64,000 bases of DNA from Candidatus Peribacteria bacterium. GTDB taxonomy: Bacteria > Patescibacteriota > Gracilibacteria > Peribacterales > Peribacteraceae. The DNA lies in contig JBEPVF010000002.1 of NCBI GenBank assembly GCA_041691135.1, positions 192,001 to 256,000 of the forward strand, written 5' to 3'. Below the pieces are notes generated by a model, which worked only from the letters and a program-made list of their open reading frames with translations, did no database searches and was not told the DNA's origin. Positions within the stretch are counted from its first letter, which is position 1. Each line of letters opens with the position of its first letter. Shown one piece after another: positions 1-9,484 of this stretch. Both the position numbers and the translations under genes were made by a program.

Positions 1-472
1 GAAAGCGCTCTGTCGAATAGGCCTGACTGGCCGTCACCTGAAAATGCATCAACCGGCCGGCCGCATCTTCTATGGAGACGTCATCGCCGGCGACCAATTT
101 TTTGAGATCCCAAAAAACGCCGCGTGTACCGGCGACCGTATCGAGATGTCCGGCCATTACCGCATTCCCTTTCTCTCCCGGCATCGCACCCGGCGAGAAC
201 CAGCCGATTTGATCCGCACGCGCCGGTATATCCATGTTCCCTTTGGGCGTGAGTCCAACCGATACGATCAACGCATCGATACGCAGTCGCGGAATGCGCA
301 GGCGCGCCGGCAACGACACCATCGGCGCGGATGAAGACGTCAGTACGCTTGCTCTGAAAGGAGGAGTCTCGTTCGATGGAAACAGGATGAGCAAATATTC
401 ACCGACAAGAAAAAGAATCAGCAGAATCAGGACAAACCCGAGCCGCTGCACGACTGACAAGCGGATGGTCAT
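1..472 (-). CDS. Class F sortase (partial, runs off the window; absent from ORF track)
   Basis: Manual translation from ATG 472: MTIRLSVVQRLGFVLILLILFLVGEYLL...PARLRIPRLRIDALIVSVGLTPKGNMDIP...GWFSPGAMPGEKGNAVMAGHLD...GVFWDLKKLVAGD. ATGA overlap with the upstream GH gene; paralogous to 12369-12989. Confidence 0.88.
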   Translation of the reverse strand, partial: MTIRLSVVQRLGFVLILLILFLVGEYLLILFPSNETPPFRASVLTSSSAPMVSLPARLRIPRLRIDALIVSVGLTPKGNMDIPARADQIGWFSPGAMPGEKGNAVMAGHLDTVAGTRGVFWDLKKLVAGDDVSIEDAAGRLMHFQVTASQAYSTERF

Positions 473-1992
473 ACGCGGCGGATCTCCGGCCATACGTACA
501 CGGACAATGCCAACAGCATGATGAGCGGCAAGGAAGCACCTTGCACCGGCGGCAGTTCGCCTCTGCCCGCTGCCGGCGGACCGTTGGGAATGACTTCTTC
601 GGCGCGACCGCCACCATATCCGGGCCGGGGAATAGCTACCGAAGGCCCGCCACCTGCGTCTGGCAATCCCGGAACTCCACCTCCACCTCCACCGCCACCA
701 CCTCCCACACCACCCGTGTCCGGATTACTTCCGCCTCCCGCTCCACCGCCGCCCGTGCCGTTCTCGCTCGAGGATGACCCGGTTGTCCCTCCTCCGCCGC
801 CGGATGATGACGAAGATCCGCCACTTGTAGCTGATGACGCACTGCTCGCCAGAATGGAACTGCTCTCTGCACCAGCGGCAAATCCCGCCGTACAATTGAT
901 GAACGAACCGCTGCTCTCGAGCGGCAACGGCGACAAGGTGTTGCCCGCGCCATACCACTGTGTGAGCAATTGCTGCGCCGGTTTGCCCTGCGGTGTGAAC
1001 GCCACATCGCCCGGACCCCCCGCCATCGCACGGCTCTTCCAATCCCACAGATACATACCCTGCATACCCGCTTGCGTGTTCCAGTACGACAAAAGCGCTT
1101 CGTAATCATTCAGTTGTTCGTTGCCGTCGTAGCAACCGCCCAGCGACCAATTGGATGGATCTTTGTGCGCACCGGTGATGCTGCGGTAGCCGACTTCGGT
1201 AAAGATCACTGGCTTGCCGTACTGCAGTCCCAGCGGCTGTACCTCGGAATGGTTCCATGCATCCCATTCCTGTTTCATCTGATCAATCGTCACCGTGCCC
1301 GACTGCGACAACGGGTGATACGCCGACAAGCCGATCATATCGAGATCACTCCAAAAACCGATGTCCTTCTTTTCGTCGATGAGTCCGAGACCGCCGTGAT
1401 TGGCGCTGTAGGTGAGTTTGCCCGGGAACACATTGCGCAGATCAGTGATCAGATCTTTCCAATGTTGTGTGTTTGACGCGTTGATCTCCGGCGATGTCAG
1501 CTTGATCATTTCGGTGCCGATGCACAGTGCCTCCACCTGATTTTGGGCACCAAGGAATGCGTAGTGACGCAACACCGCACCGTAGTTCGCAAACCACTCG
1601 TCCCGATTGGTCGGATCAATATTCGCGCGCCAGCCGTGATCCTTCGTTTCGACATGCACGTTGAGCATGACGGCGAGGCCGCGGCTATGCGCCGCCTCGA
1701 TGCCAGCGATCAGTGAGTCGTCGGTGGGCGTATTCCAGCCGGGTGCCAGATCGGTGGAAGAGACATCGGATTGGTAGTACGGAATGATGAGGCTCACCGC
1801 GTTGGCGTGCGTGCCGACCAGTTGGTCGAGCGATTGCCGGAATGATTCGGTCCCGAAATCGCCGGACCACGCCGGATTGATGTTGGCGCCTTTCTGCCAA
1901 TCGACAACAGCGGCGGAAGCCACCGGAATACCGGCGGCATAGGAGCTGATAATCACAGACAGGACGATGCGGTACGCGGAGCGAGGAGCCAT
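469..1992 (-). CDS. Secreted GH113-like glycoside hydrolase with Ser/Gly linker and LPDAG/C-terminal anchor
   Basis: Signal peptide; motifs GLAVMLNVHV, WFANY, IGTEM, LTYSAN, FWSDLDMIGLSAY, KPVIFTEVGYRS; C-terminal LPDAG, hydrophobic segment, RR. Confidence 0.8.
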   Translation of the reverse strand: MAPRSAYRIVLSVIISSYAAGIPVASAAVVDWQKGANINPAWSGDFGTESFRQSLDQLVGTHANAVSLIIPYYQSDVSSTDLAPGWNTPTDDSLIAGIEAAHSRGLAVMLNVHVETKDHGWRANIDPTNRDEWFANYGAVLRHYAFLGAQNQVEALCIGTEMIKLTSPEINASNTQHWKDLITDLRNVFPGKLTYSANHGGLGLIDEKKDIGFWSDLDMIGLSAYHPLSQSGTVTIDQMKQEWDAWNHSEVQPLGLQYGKPVIFTEVGYRSITGAHKDPSNWSLGGCYDGNEQLNDYEALLSYWNTQAGMQGMYLWDWKSRAMAGGPGDVAFTPQGKPAQQLLTQWYGAGNTLSPLPLESSGSFINCTAGFAAGAESSSILASSASSATSGGSSSSSGGGGGTTGSSSSENGTGGGGAGGGSNPDTGGVGGGGGGGGGGVPGLPDAGGGPSVAIPRPGYGGGRAEEVIPNGPPAAGRGELPPVQGASLPLIMLLALSVYVWPEIRRV

Positions 1993-2223
1993 ATTGTTCT
2001 AGTAGACAAACAACTGTCCCAAAAATGACATGCGTTAGACACGGTGCAGCCACGTGGAGCAAGAATAGGAAAGGACGCTGCCCCAAAAAGTGCCAGGAGT
2101 AGCCCTAACTGGGTCTTGAACCTTCTTTTTTAAATATATTGACTTAATACATTTTTTATTTTATTTTACTATGCTAGCACGACGCTGGGAAGATGTCCGT
2201 CAGACCCACGAAAGGAGACCGTT

Positions 2224-2469
2224 GTGGGATTCAGAGTCGCTCTTTCTCTGCTGGTTCTGCCTCTGTGCACAGGATGTGCCGCCTGGCAGAAGTCCGTGAG
2301 CATCGGATTGGAAGTGAAGATGCCCTTGGACATAGACCCCCACGCCAAACGCGGTGGCGATACGGTGGCGAAGATCGAACTTCGCTTCACAAAAGAACCG
2401 CCCAAGAAGTCGCTTCCAGCAGGTGTGCCACCCGCCAAAATGGCGATCAAAAGCGACCTCCTTCTCTGA
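2224..2469 (+). CDS. Small putative lipoprotein
   Basis: AAGGAG SD upstream of GTG; lipobox-like LCTGC after a hydrophobic stretch. Confidence 0.55.
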   Translation: MGFRVALSLLVLPLCTGCAAWQKSVSIGLEVKMPLDIDPHAKRGGDTVAKIELRFTKEPPKKSLPAGVPPAKMAIKSDLLL

Positions 2470-2577
2470 GAGACATCACGGCCACCTCACAGTGGCCTTG
2501 TTTTAGATTACCACTCATCTGAATCCCTTTCGCGTATCCCTCTTTCCCAAAGCCCCGATCGGGGTACCATGTGCCGC

Positions 2578-3465
2578 ATGGCTTCCCGGCTCATTCCGCT
2601 GATCACACTCGTTGGAACGCTTTTGCTGACTGCGTGCACAGGTCGAGAGCAAGCATCGTTGTTGTCTGCACGCACCACGAGCGCCGTCCATTCTTCTTCG
2701 TCCGCATCATCACAGAAAAAAAATGTATCGCCATCGGCCGCTTTTTATCTGGGCATGTTCCCGGCATCGGAATCTTCGAGCGCACCCGTCAAACCAAAAG
2801 GACTTCGCATTCCCATCCTTGTCTACCATCATCTGCGCGAGAACGAAGGCTGGGCACCCACCACCTGGAGCGCGAAGATGTCAGTATCACCGGGCGGCTT
2901 CGCAAGACAGATGCAGTGGCTGGTCGATCATCACTACACGACGATTGATTTGAACGCACTGACGGCGATCCTGAAGGGCGAACAAGCCGGCCCGGCCAAA
3001 CCGATCGTCATCACATTTGATGATAACAATCTGACACCGTACGACATAGGCTTGCCGATCCTGGAACAGCACGGACAGATCGCCGTTTTTTATCTGGTCA
3101 CCGAGCGGCTCGACAATCCGAATTTCATCACGCGCGACAAAGCGAAAGATCTGGCGGCACGCGGCATGGACGTGGAATCGCACACCGTGACGCACGCCAC
3201 GCTCACCACTCTGTCGGCTGCGAAACTGGATTGGGAACTGCAGGAGAGCAAACGCGTGCTGGAAGAGCTCATCGGCAAACCCGTGCTGCATATCGCTTAC
3301 CCGTCGACGGCACACAACAAAACGGTCCGCGACCACGCCGCAAAAGCCGGTTACATCACCGGCACGATCATGGATCCGCGGCCGGTGACGGAAAAAGACG
3401 ACCTGATGAAACTGCCGAGGATCATGATGTTGGACACGACGGATTTGGCGAAGGTACTCCCCTGA
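2578..3465 (+). CDS. Polysaccharide deacetylase (CE4/NodB) lipoprotein
   Basis: LLTAC lipobox; IPILVYHH, ITFDD, ESHTVTH, AYP, LPRI motifs. Start 2578 preferred (TACCAT 7 nt upstream). Confidence 0.9.
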   Translation: MASRLIPLITLVGTLLLTACTGREQASLLSARTTSAVHSSSSASSQKKNVSPSAAFYLGMFPASESSSAPVKPKGLRIPILVYHHLRENEGWAPTTWSAKMSVSPGGFARQMQWLVDHHYTTIDLNALTAILKGEQAGPAKPIVITFDDNNLTPYDIGLPILEQHGQIAVFYLVTERLDNPNFITRDKAKDLAARGMDVESHTVTHATLTTLSAAKLDWELQESKRVLEELIGKPVLHIAYPSTAHNKTVRDHAAKAGYITGTIMDPRPVTEKDDLMKLPRIMMLDTTDLAKVLP

Positions 3466-3469
3466 GAAT

Positions 3470-3594
3470 GAAGCCAAGGGAACCGAGACAACCGACGATC
3501 TTTCAAAAAGATGCGTTGAGAAAGCAATCACTCCACGGCGTAAGAAACCGAATATATTCCTCGGTTTCTTCGGTTTCATCGCTTCCTTCGGTTC
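3470..3594. repeat. Inverted pair of degenerate 9-nt tandem repeats
   Basis: Left GAAGCCAAG-GGAACCGAG-ACAACCGAC; right TCGGTTTCT-TCGGTTTCA-TCGCTTCCT-TCGGTTC. Confidence 0.6.
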
Positions 3595-3732
3595 GCTCCC
3601 CGTACGATTCACGACGAAATGCTCCCTACGGGTATGGATTTACGCCCGATCTCCGGTACATTCCCCACGTACTCGCACGAGCCGGGTAGTTGATACCCGC
3701 TCTCTCCTTTATCTCTTTCCATTTCTTCTGCT

Positions 3733-4563
3733 ATGGCTGTGCGCAAATCGGTTCAAACGGAGCAGGGGCCAATGCCTCCGCCTCCGCCACCTCGTCCATC
3801 GTTTTCTCCACCTCCGCCACCCCCACCACCTATGACCGTCTCTTCGAACAATGACAAATGGTTCGCCATCTCGATGGGTCTGCTCGGCGTCATCATCGGA
3901 TACAGCCTGAACAGTTTCATGCATGGCGGAACTTTGGTTGCACCAACCGAGCAGGTCGCACAGGCGCCGACCGCTCCCTCCGTTCCGCCACCACCGGCGG
4001 CGGCGACCGGTACGCCTCCTCAGACGGGTATCGGGCCCACGCTTGGACAGAAGAACGCGACCATCACGCTCGTCGAATTCACCGATTTCCAGTGCCCGTA
4101 CTGCGGCCGCCATTTCACCGATACATTCGGCAAAATCAAGGCTGATTATGTCGACACCGGTAAGATCAAATACGAACTGCGCAACTTCCCGCTGACGCAG
4201 ATTCACCCGAATGCGATGATCGGCGCCGAAGCGGCGATGTGCGCCAATGCTCAGGGAAAGTTCTGGCAAATGCACGACACGCTGTTCACGAATCAGGGAA
4301 CATGGAGCAATGAATCCGATCCGACTGCCACGCTCAAAAAGTACGCCGCGGACATCGGTCTGAATGCCACCAAATTCGCCAGCTGCTTGAAGAATCACGA
4401 TATGGCATCTGTCATTCAGAAAGATCAAGCTGACGGTTCGGCTGCCGGTATCGATGGCACACCGGGCTTCTGGATCATCGGACCCAACGGCAAGACACAG
4501 CAAATCAGCGGCGCCTATCCGTTCGACACCTTCAAGACAGCCTTCGACGGAATGCTTCAATAA
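3733..4563 (+). CDS. Membrane-anchored DsbA-family thioredoxin-fold oxidoreductase
   Basis: Pro-rich N-terminus, TM helix, EFTDFQCPYC, IHPNA, GTPGF, ISGAYP. Confidence 0.92.
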   Translation: MAVRKSVQTEQGPMPPPPPPRPSFSPPPPPPPPMTVSSNNDKWFAISMGLLGVIIGYSLNSFMHGGTLVAPTEQVAQAPTAPSVPPPPAAATGTPPQTGIGPTLGQKNATITLVEFTDFQCPYCGRHFTDTFGKIKADYVDTGKIKYELRNFPLTQIHPNAMIGAEAAMCANAQGKFWQMHDTLFTNQGTWSNESDPTATLKKYAADIGLNATKFASCLKNHDMASVIQKDQADGSAAGIDGTPGFWIIGPNGKTQQISGAYPFDTFKTAFDGMLQ

Positions 4564-4580
4564 GAAATTGCACATATAGT

Positions 4581-4612
4581 AAAAAACTGCCCCACGTAAT
4601 GGGGCAGTTTTT
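4581..4612. terminator. Bidirectional intrinsic terminator
   Basis: AAAAAACTGCCCC-ACGTAAT-GGGGCAGTTTTT between convergent genes. Confidence 0.8.
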
Positions 4613-4631
4613 GTATGGTCCTCGGTTTTCT

Positions 4632-4892
4632 CTAATACCGGCTCAATGAACTTTTCCAAATTTCGGCATCCGTTTTCGGTTCCGCAATGCCGTCTTTCTG
4701 GAAGTATTTCTTTACGAAAGCATTTGCTTCTTCCTGGGTATCAAATGCCTTCTTCCACTGCTTCACGTCGACTTTCTTCCGGCCTTTGTAAATAATGGCG
4801 CCCGGAATAAACTTGCCGGTTCCGACAACACGACAGGTATCAATGATGTACGCATCGTATTCACGGTCGACTTGTTGAAGAGTTTGCTGCAT
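4632..4892 (-). CDS. Small hypothetical protein
   Basis: 86-aa ORF with protein-like composition, ending at the terminator. Confidence 0.6.
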   Translation of the reverse strand: MQQTLQQVDREYDAYIIDTCRVVGTGKFIPGAIIYKGRKKVDVKQWKKAFDTQEEANAFVKKYFQKDGIAEPKTDAEIWKSSLSRY

Positions 4893-4932
4893 GCGGGGTG
4901 ATGGGAAAAAATACAAATGCTCTTGCTCCGGA

Positions 4933-5022
4933 TCAGTGCAAAATATGAAGAATCAAATACAGAACAGCCCATCCGCCACCGAACAGCACGGCAATAGCGG
5001 AGAATTTGAGAAATGTCTCCAT
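4933..5022 (-). CDS. Putative 29-aa single-TM microprotein
   Basis: METFLKFSAIAVLFGGGWAVLYLILHILH; preceded by the C/T-rich leader typical of this genome. Confidence 0.45.
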   Translation of the reverse strand: METFLKFSAIAVLFGGGWAVLYLILHILH

Positions 5023-5248
5023 ACGATAGAAAGGAAAGGATAAGGGAAATCCACGTGCTTATGCACTGTTAACTATGACGCAACAGGAGGGGCGAACTTA
5101 CCTGATGTCGACTTGCGTACGGAGTGAATTTCCATAAAGAGAAGCGCACTTTTCGCTTGAGTTACTTGTATCTTTACATGAGTCAGGTAGCGTGAAGTAA
5201 GATTTTTTGCCGAGCCACGTCGGCTAACATCACATTCCTTTCACTTGC

Positions 5249-5431
5249 ATGCGCCTTACGACCCGCGTTCTCCATACCATCGGCACCCTCTCGTTGCGAC
5301 GCCAGATCGACCAGACGTTGAAGCGCGCCAAAGTCGCACTCGCCGTGTTTATCGCCGTGTGCGTCATTGCATTTCTTTCGCTGATCGTGATCGCATCGTA
5401 CTTTTTAATACACTTGATACAGGGCCGATGA
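5249..5431 (+). CDS. Small membrane protein
   Basis: 60 aa, basic N-terminus and C-terminal TM; C/T-rich leader; followed by a hairpin. Confidence 0.55.
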   Translation: MRLTTRVLHTIGTLSLRRQIDQTLKRAKVALAVFIAVCVIAFLSLIVIASYFLIHLIQGR

Positions 5432-5487
5432 GCGGTCAGCCTTCGACACGTTAACACTGACAGTGATTCCAGCAACTGATCACTACA

Positions 5488-5519
5488 AAACCGCCCTCCC
5501 CTTTCGGTTCGGGCGGTTT
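5488..5519. terminator. Intrinsic terminator between convergent genes
   Basis: AAACCGCCC...GGGCGGTTT. Confidence 0.6.
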
Positions 5520-5533
5520 CATTTTTGGGGTCA

Positions 5534-7246
5534 CTAGGGGGCCGCCGTCTCATCTACCAAACAGTCGACGTTCAAACTGATCGCCGCCTGCGCTGCGCCT
5601 TTGGTATTGGCGCCGACGGCCGAGGCCAAGAAGTGCGTGCCGGTAGTGGGTGCATGGAATGATCCGGTGAAGTTACCGTTCGCATCGGCGGTCGCACTGC
5701 CGACTTTCACGCCGTCGACTTTTAGATCGATCGCCTCGTTCGGGCCATAGCCCGTGCCGACGAGCGACATTGTCTTGCCCGGCACCACGTACCACGTGGA
5801 AGGCGTGACACTGGGGAAGAAGCCGCCGGTCGCGATTGAAACGTTCGCCGAACCGTGGCTTGTCTCGCCAATCAGGAAGTACGTCACGTTCCCCGTAGCA
5901 TCCCACGGAATGGTGATCGAATGGGTAAGTGTCGTCACGTTGCCATCCACATCGGCCTGCGCCGTGGTAATGACTGCATTTGTTGCATCTTCCAATCTGA
6001 CTGTTTCACCCGGATAGAACCCTGTGCCACTCACGCCGTTCGTATCGCCGGGCAACGAAAAGTATGCCGTGGGCGTAGCGCCCGGATACAGCTGTCCGAT
6101 GGATACATCGAATGATGCCGACCCGTTGCTGCTCTCGCCGATGAACGTGAATGTTTTGGCGGCGGCACCGAACCCGAGCGTGATTGCATCGGGTGCCGAG
6201 AAGTCACCGGTACCGTTGGCCGTAAAGGACGAGAGCTTTGTCGTGCCATCCATCAAATCGATCGTTTCGCCGGGCGCATACCCTCCGCCAGTTGCGCCTA
6301 TTTTCTGTCCCGGCGTGCCGTAGTACGCCGATGGGCTGACATGCGGGAACAATGTTCCCACTTGCACATCCACCGATGCCGATGCACCGCTCGTAGCTCC
6401 TTCGGCAGAAATCGTGACGCTCGTGCTGCCGAAGCCGACATGAATCGAATCAGGTGCCGCAAAGTCGCCCAGGCCGTCGGCCGGGAATGTTCCGACCACC
6501 GTTGTCCCAACTTTCACCATTACATCTTCGCCGGGAGAATATCCTCCACCGATCACGCCGATCGTTTGACCGGGATCGGCATAGTAACTGGACGGCGATA
6601 CATGTGCGTAGAAACCGCCGACTGCAATTTCGAACGACGCCATTGCCCCGCTGTTCTGCCCCGCCACCGTCACTTTCATTTTCTTATTGGCGTCACCATT
6701 GGGCACTGTGAGTGCATTGGCTTTGCTGAACGTTCCACCCGCATCTGCCACGGCCGTTGCCGCTACAGTCGTACTGTCATCCACAAACATGTTCACCGTC
6801 TCGCCTGCCTGGAAGTTTTCGCCGTTCACGCCAAGAGATCCGCCCGGCGGCAACCACCAGTCGAATGGCGAGGCGTTAGCCCACACGCCTTCGATATAGA
6901 AACTGCCGTTCGCCGTTCCGCCCGACGGAGCGGTGGCTGTGATGGAATACGAACCGGCCGGTCGTACCGGTACAACGAAATCAAGCGCCGAAAAAGACCC
7001 TTCGTCGTTGGTCGTTGCCGTCTGTGTCGCCCCCTGAAAAGACACCGTCACCGTTTCATTAGCGGCGAATCCATCGCCACCGATCGTCAGATGCGAACCG
7101 GGAGGACCGGAATACGCACTTAAGTGCAGCCACTGCCCGTCGGCAAACGCATGAAAGACCGGCAGTACCATCGCCGCGATCGTCAAAGCGGCCAGGGCCG
7201 CCATCCTCCGCGGTTGATACCGCGTAAAACCCAGTAAAGTTTCCAT
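5534..7246 (-). CDS. Secreted protein with six tandem Ig-like repeats
   Basis: Signal peptide; six ~88-aa repeats of the pattern SP.....PG......G.G[FY].PGE.[VI]...A...G.F. Confidence 0.8.
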   Translation of the reverse strand: METLLGFTRYQPRRMAALAALTIAAMVLPVFHAFADGQWLHLSAYSGPPGSHLTIGGDGFAANETVTVSFQGATQTATTNDEGSFSALDFVVPVRPAGSYSITATAPSGGTANGSFYIEGVWANASPFDWWLPPGGSLGVNGENFQAGETVNMFVDDSTTVAATAVADAGGTFSKANALTVPNGDANKKMKVTVAGQNSGAMASFEIAVGGFYAHVSPSSYYADPGQTIGVIGGGYSPGEDVMVKVGTTVVGTFPADGLGDFAAPDSIHVGFGSTSVTISAEGATSGASASVDVQVGTLFPHVSPSAYYGTPGQKIGATGGGYAPGETIDLMDGTTKLSSFTANGTGDFSAPDAITLGFGAAAKTFTFIGESSNGSASFDVSIGQLYPGATPTAYFSLPGDTNGVSGTGFYPGETVRLEDATNAVITTAQADVDGNVTTLTHSITIPWDATGNVTYFLIGETSHGSANVSIATGGFFPSVTPSTWYVVPGKTMSLVGTGYGPNEAIDLKVDGVKVGSATADANGNFTGSFHAPTTGTHFLASAVGANTKGAAQAAISLNVDCLVDETAAP

Positions 7247-7374
7247 AAGGTGTGAGAGAAGAAGAGATCTGAATGGAAATCGAGACGACAACCGCAAGCG
7301 GCTATTACAAAATTTCTCCGGCAAATAAAATTTTCACTCTTCTTCCGATGAGCGGAGGAAACTCAGACCGTATT

Positions 7375-7488
7375 TTAGGGTCGTCGCATCAGTGCCCTGA
7401 TGCCGAACACGATGCCGATCAGAAGGATAAGTCCCACAAACCACGCCAGTAGTTTGTACGCAATGAACAATTCAAGGAGAGTTGCCAT
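7375..7488 (-). CDS. Putative 37-aa membrane microprotein
   Basis: MATLLELFIAYKLLAWFVGLILLIGIVFGIRALMRRP; C/T-rich leader. Confidence 0.55.
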   Translation of the reverse strand: MATLLELFIAYKLLAWFVGLILLIGIVFGIRALMRRP

Positions 7489-7623
7489 AAATGAGGAAGG
7501 GGAAGAAAACCAGAGACAGTGACGGTGTGGAATCCATGTTATGACAATGACCCCCATCTCCCTTCCAGCTTTCAAATATCCCATTCTGCTTAAATCTCCA
7601 TTTCTTATGAGCTAATCTGATTA

Positions 7624-7652
7624 TTGTCAAATATTCATTTAAATGTTATAAT
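7624..7652 (+). promoter_or_regulatory. Near-consensus sigma70 promoter
   Basis: TTGTCA-17 nt-TATAAT with extended TGn. Confidence 0.7.
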
Positions 7653-7684
7653 ATATACAACACACACTTCCCCACACCCCTTCT

Positions 7685-8551
7685 ATGTCTAAGTATTCTA
7701 CCAATCACCTGCTCGTGACCGGGCTGGCCGCAGCGGTCTTTTCGGGCGCGATCACCTTCGCCAGTCTGTCGGCCGCCATGGGAGGCCCCGGCCCGCAAAT
7801 GAATTCCATGCAAGGCCAGATGCCGATGATGCCACAGGGCGGCAGCATGCAACCTGGCATGATGCAGCAAATGAACGGCATGCCGGGCATGCAACAGAAT
7901 AACGGTAATCAGGGTCCCGGTTCGATGAACCACCCGATGATGCCCTTCAACGGCTCTAATGCATCGCCGTCCGGAATGCCGATGAACACGATGCCGCAGA
8001 ACTTTATGAACCAGCCGATGCAGAATCCAAGTTCGATGCAGAACATGCAGCTGTTCATGAATCATATGCCGATGCCGGGGAACGACGGCAGCCAGGGCAG
8101 TCAGCCTGGCGATATGATCAAGCTTCAGCCGGGCAACTTTGTGGGCGGCTCCGCACCGACGAACATCATGCAGCCGAATATGTTGAATTTGCCGATGGGC
8201 CAGAATCAGAACCAGGGACAAAACACTTCCATGGCAGGTGGCATGCCAGGAATGATGAATCAGATCGATACGTCACAGCTGTCAGCCACGCAGAAAACAA
8301 AGCTGCTCAAATTGCTGACGAAAAGTGTGACGAGGATCGATCAGTCAATCGCCAGAGCACAGAAGCGAATCGATCAGCTCCAGGCAAGAATCGATCGCGA
8401 AGAAGCGAAGGCCTCACCCGATACCGATAAAGAAGATGTATGGCAGAATCAGATCGATACCATGAATAACGGTATGGATACTGCGAATAATACGAAGGAT
8501 CAGATTCAAAGCCAGATCGATGATCTGAACGCCGTCGACCAGGCGCAATAA
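7685..8551 (+). CDS. Exported Met/Gln/Asn/Pro/Gly-rich low-complexity protein with C-terminal coiled coil
   Basis: Signal peptide, ~160-aa M/Q/N/P/G region, heptad-like tail; flanked by promoter and terminator. Confidence 0.8.
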   Translation: MSKYSTNHLLVTGLAAAVFSGAITFASLSAAMGGPGPQMNSMQGQMPMMPQGGSMQPGMMQQMNGMPGMQQNNGNQGPGSMNHPMMPFNGSNASPSGMPMNTMPQNFMNQPMQNPSSMQNMQLFMNHMPMPGNDGSQGSQPGDMIKLQPGNFVGGSAPTNIMQPNMLNLPMGQNQNQGQNTSMAGGMPGMMNQIDTSQLSATQKTKLLKLLTKSVTRIDQSIARAQKRIDQLQARIDREEAKASPDTDKEDVWQNQIDTMNNGMDTANNTKDQIQSQIDDLNAVDQAQ

Positions 8552-8573
8552 GCGTCGAGAATAAACGTCGATC

Positions 8574-8601
8574 ACTGCGGTCCCCACGGGCCGCAGTTTT
8601 T
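8574..8601 (+). terminator. Intrinsic terminator
   Basis: ACTGCGGTCC-CCAC-GGGCCGCAGT-TTTT. Confidence 0.7.
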
Positions 8602-8640
8602 GTGTGGATGATCAAATGTCCTCTCCTCTATAATCCGAAT

Positions 8641-9024
8641 ATGCCGTATCTGCTGTTGTTGAGTCTCATTCTCATCGCCTGTAACAGGCATGTCGAGCCG
8701 GCCGCAACCAACGAATGGGAAAATGCGAACACCGTCTCGTCGGCCGCGTCGTCCGTCTCTTCCGTGACAAGCAGCTCTGTGCCACAGAAGACAAGTACGC
8801 TGACGCTCAAGGATTTTACAACGAAGTTACACGCCGACATGGGCAGCGATGATCTGGTGGCCGCATTCGGCCAACCGGATCAAGATTTGGGCAGTGGTCT
8901 GCATATTTCCGAATATATTTTGGACGACGGCAGTACCGTTCTGATCGGTTTCGCCGGCACAAGCATTTTGTACGCACGCCATAAAACCGGCAGCGGCACC
9001 GAGGAATTGCTGTCGAATCAATAA
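8641..9024 (+). CDS. Hypothetical lipoprotein with Ser-rich linker
   Basis: LIAC lipobox; TATAAT 6 nt upstream; 'FGQPDQDLGSG' small domain. Confidence 0.75.
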   Translation: MPYLLLLSLILIACNRHVEPAATNEWENANTVSSAASSVSSVTSSSVPQKTSTLTLKDFTTKLHADMGSDDLVAAFGQPDQDLGSGLHISEYILDDGSTVLIGFAGTSILYARHKTGSGTEELLSNQ

Positions 9025-9030
9025 AGATCA

Positions 9031-9384
9031 CTACTTCTGACGAGCGCTGCGCTTCAAATGTTTCGTCCCCCAGTCGCTGAGCGTATCGATCATCGGATTG
9101 AGCGTGCGACCGTACGTCGTGAGCGCGTACTCCACGCGCGGCGGAACAACCGGGAAAACGGTACGTTCGACGATGCCATCATGTTCCAGTTCGCGCAGCT
9201 GTTGCGCCAACATCTTGGGTGTGATGCGCCCCAAGCCGCGCTGCAGTTCACTGTAGCGCTTCTTACTCTCCTGCAAATGCCATAGAATCGGCAGCTTCCA
9301 TTTACCGCCGATCACGCCGAGCGAAATGGTGACCGGACATCCTTGCGCGCACTGCGCGTCGTGAATGGAAGAGTGAGGAATCAT
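9031..9384 (-). CDS. HxlR-family transcriptional regulator
   Basis: CPV...IGGKWKLPILWHL...RYSEL...ITPKML..QLRELE.DG...PPRVEY.LT. Confidence 0.93.
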   Translation of the reverse strand: MIPHSSIHDAQCAQGCPVTISLGVIGGKWKLPILWHLQESKKRYSELQRGLGRITPKMLAQQLRELEHDGIVERTVFPVVPPRVEYALTTYGRTLNPMIDTLSDWGTKHLKRSARQK

Positions 9385-9484
9385 AGTATATTAAAGGGAA
9401 GTATATAACTTCTTAGTATGTTCTTGCTCTTATAATAGCATGAGGCTATGGTGAAACTACTATTTTTCCATCCTCAATTTTTCC

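Noticed and set aside
3470-3594. CRISPR array
   Set aside because: Units are 9 nt with no unique spacers; no cas genes in the window.
9385-9484. HxlR operator palindrome
   Set aside because: Expected from context, but no convincing inverted repeat could be delimited.
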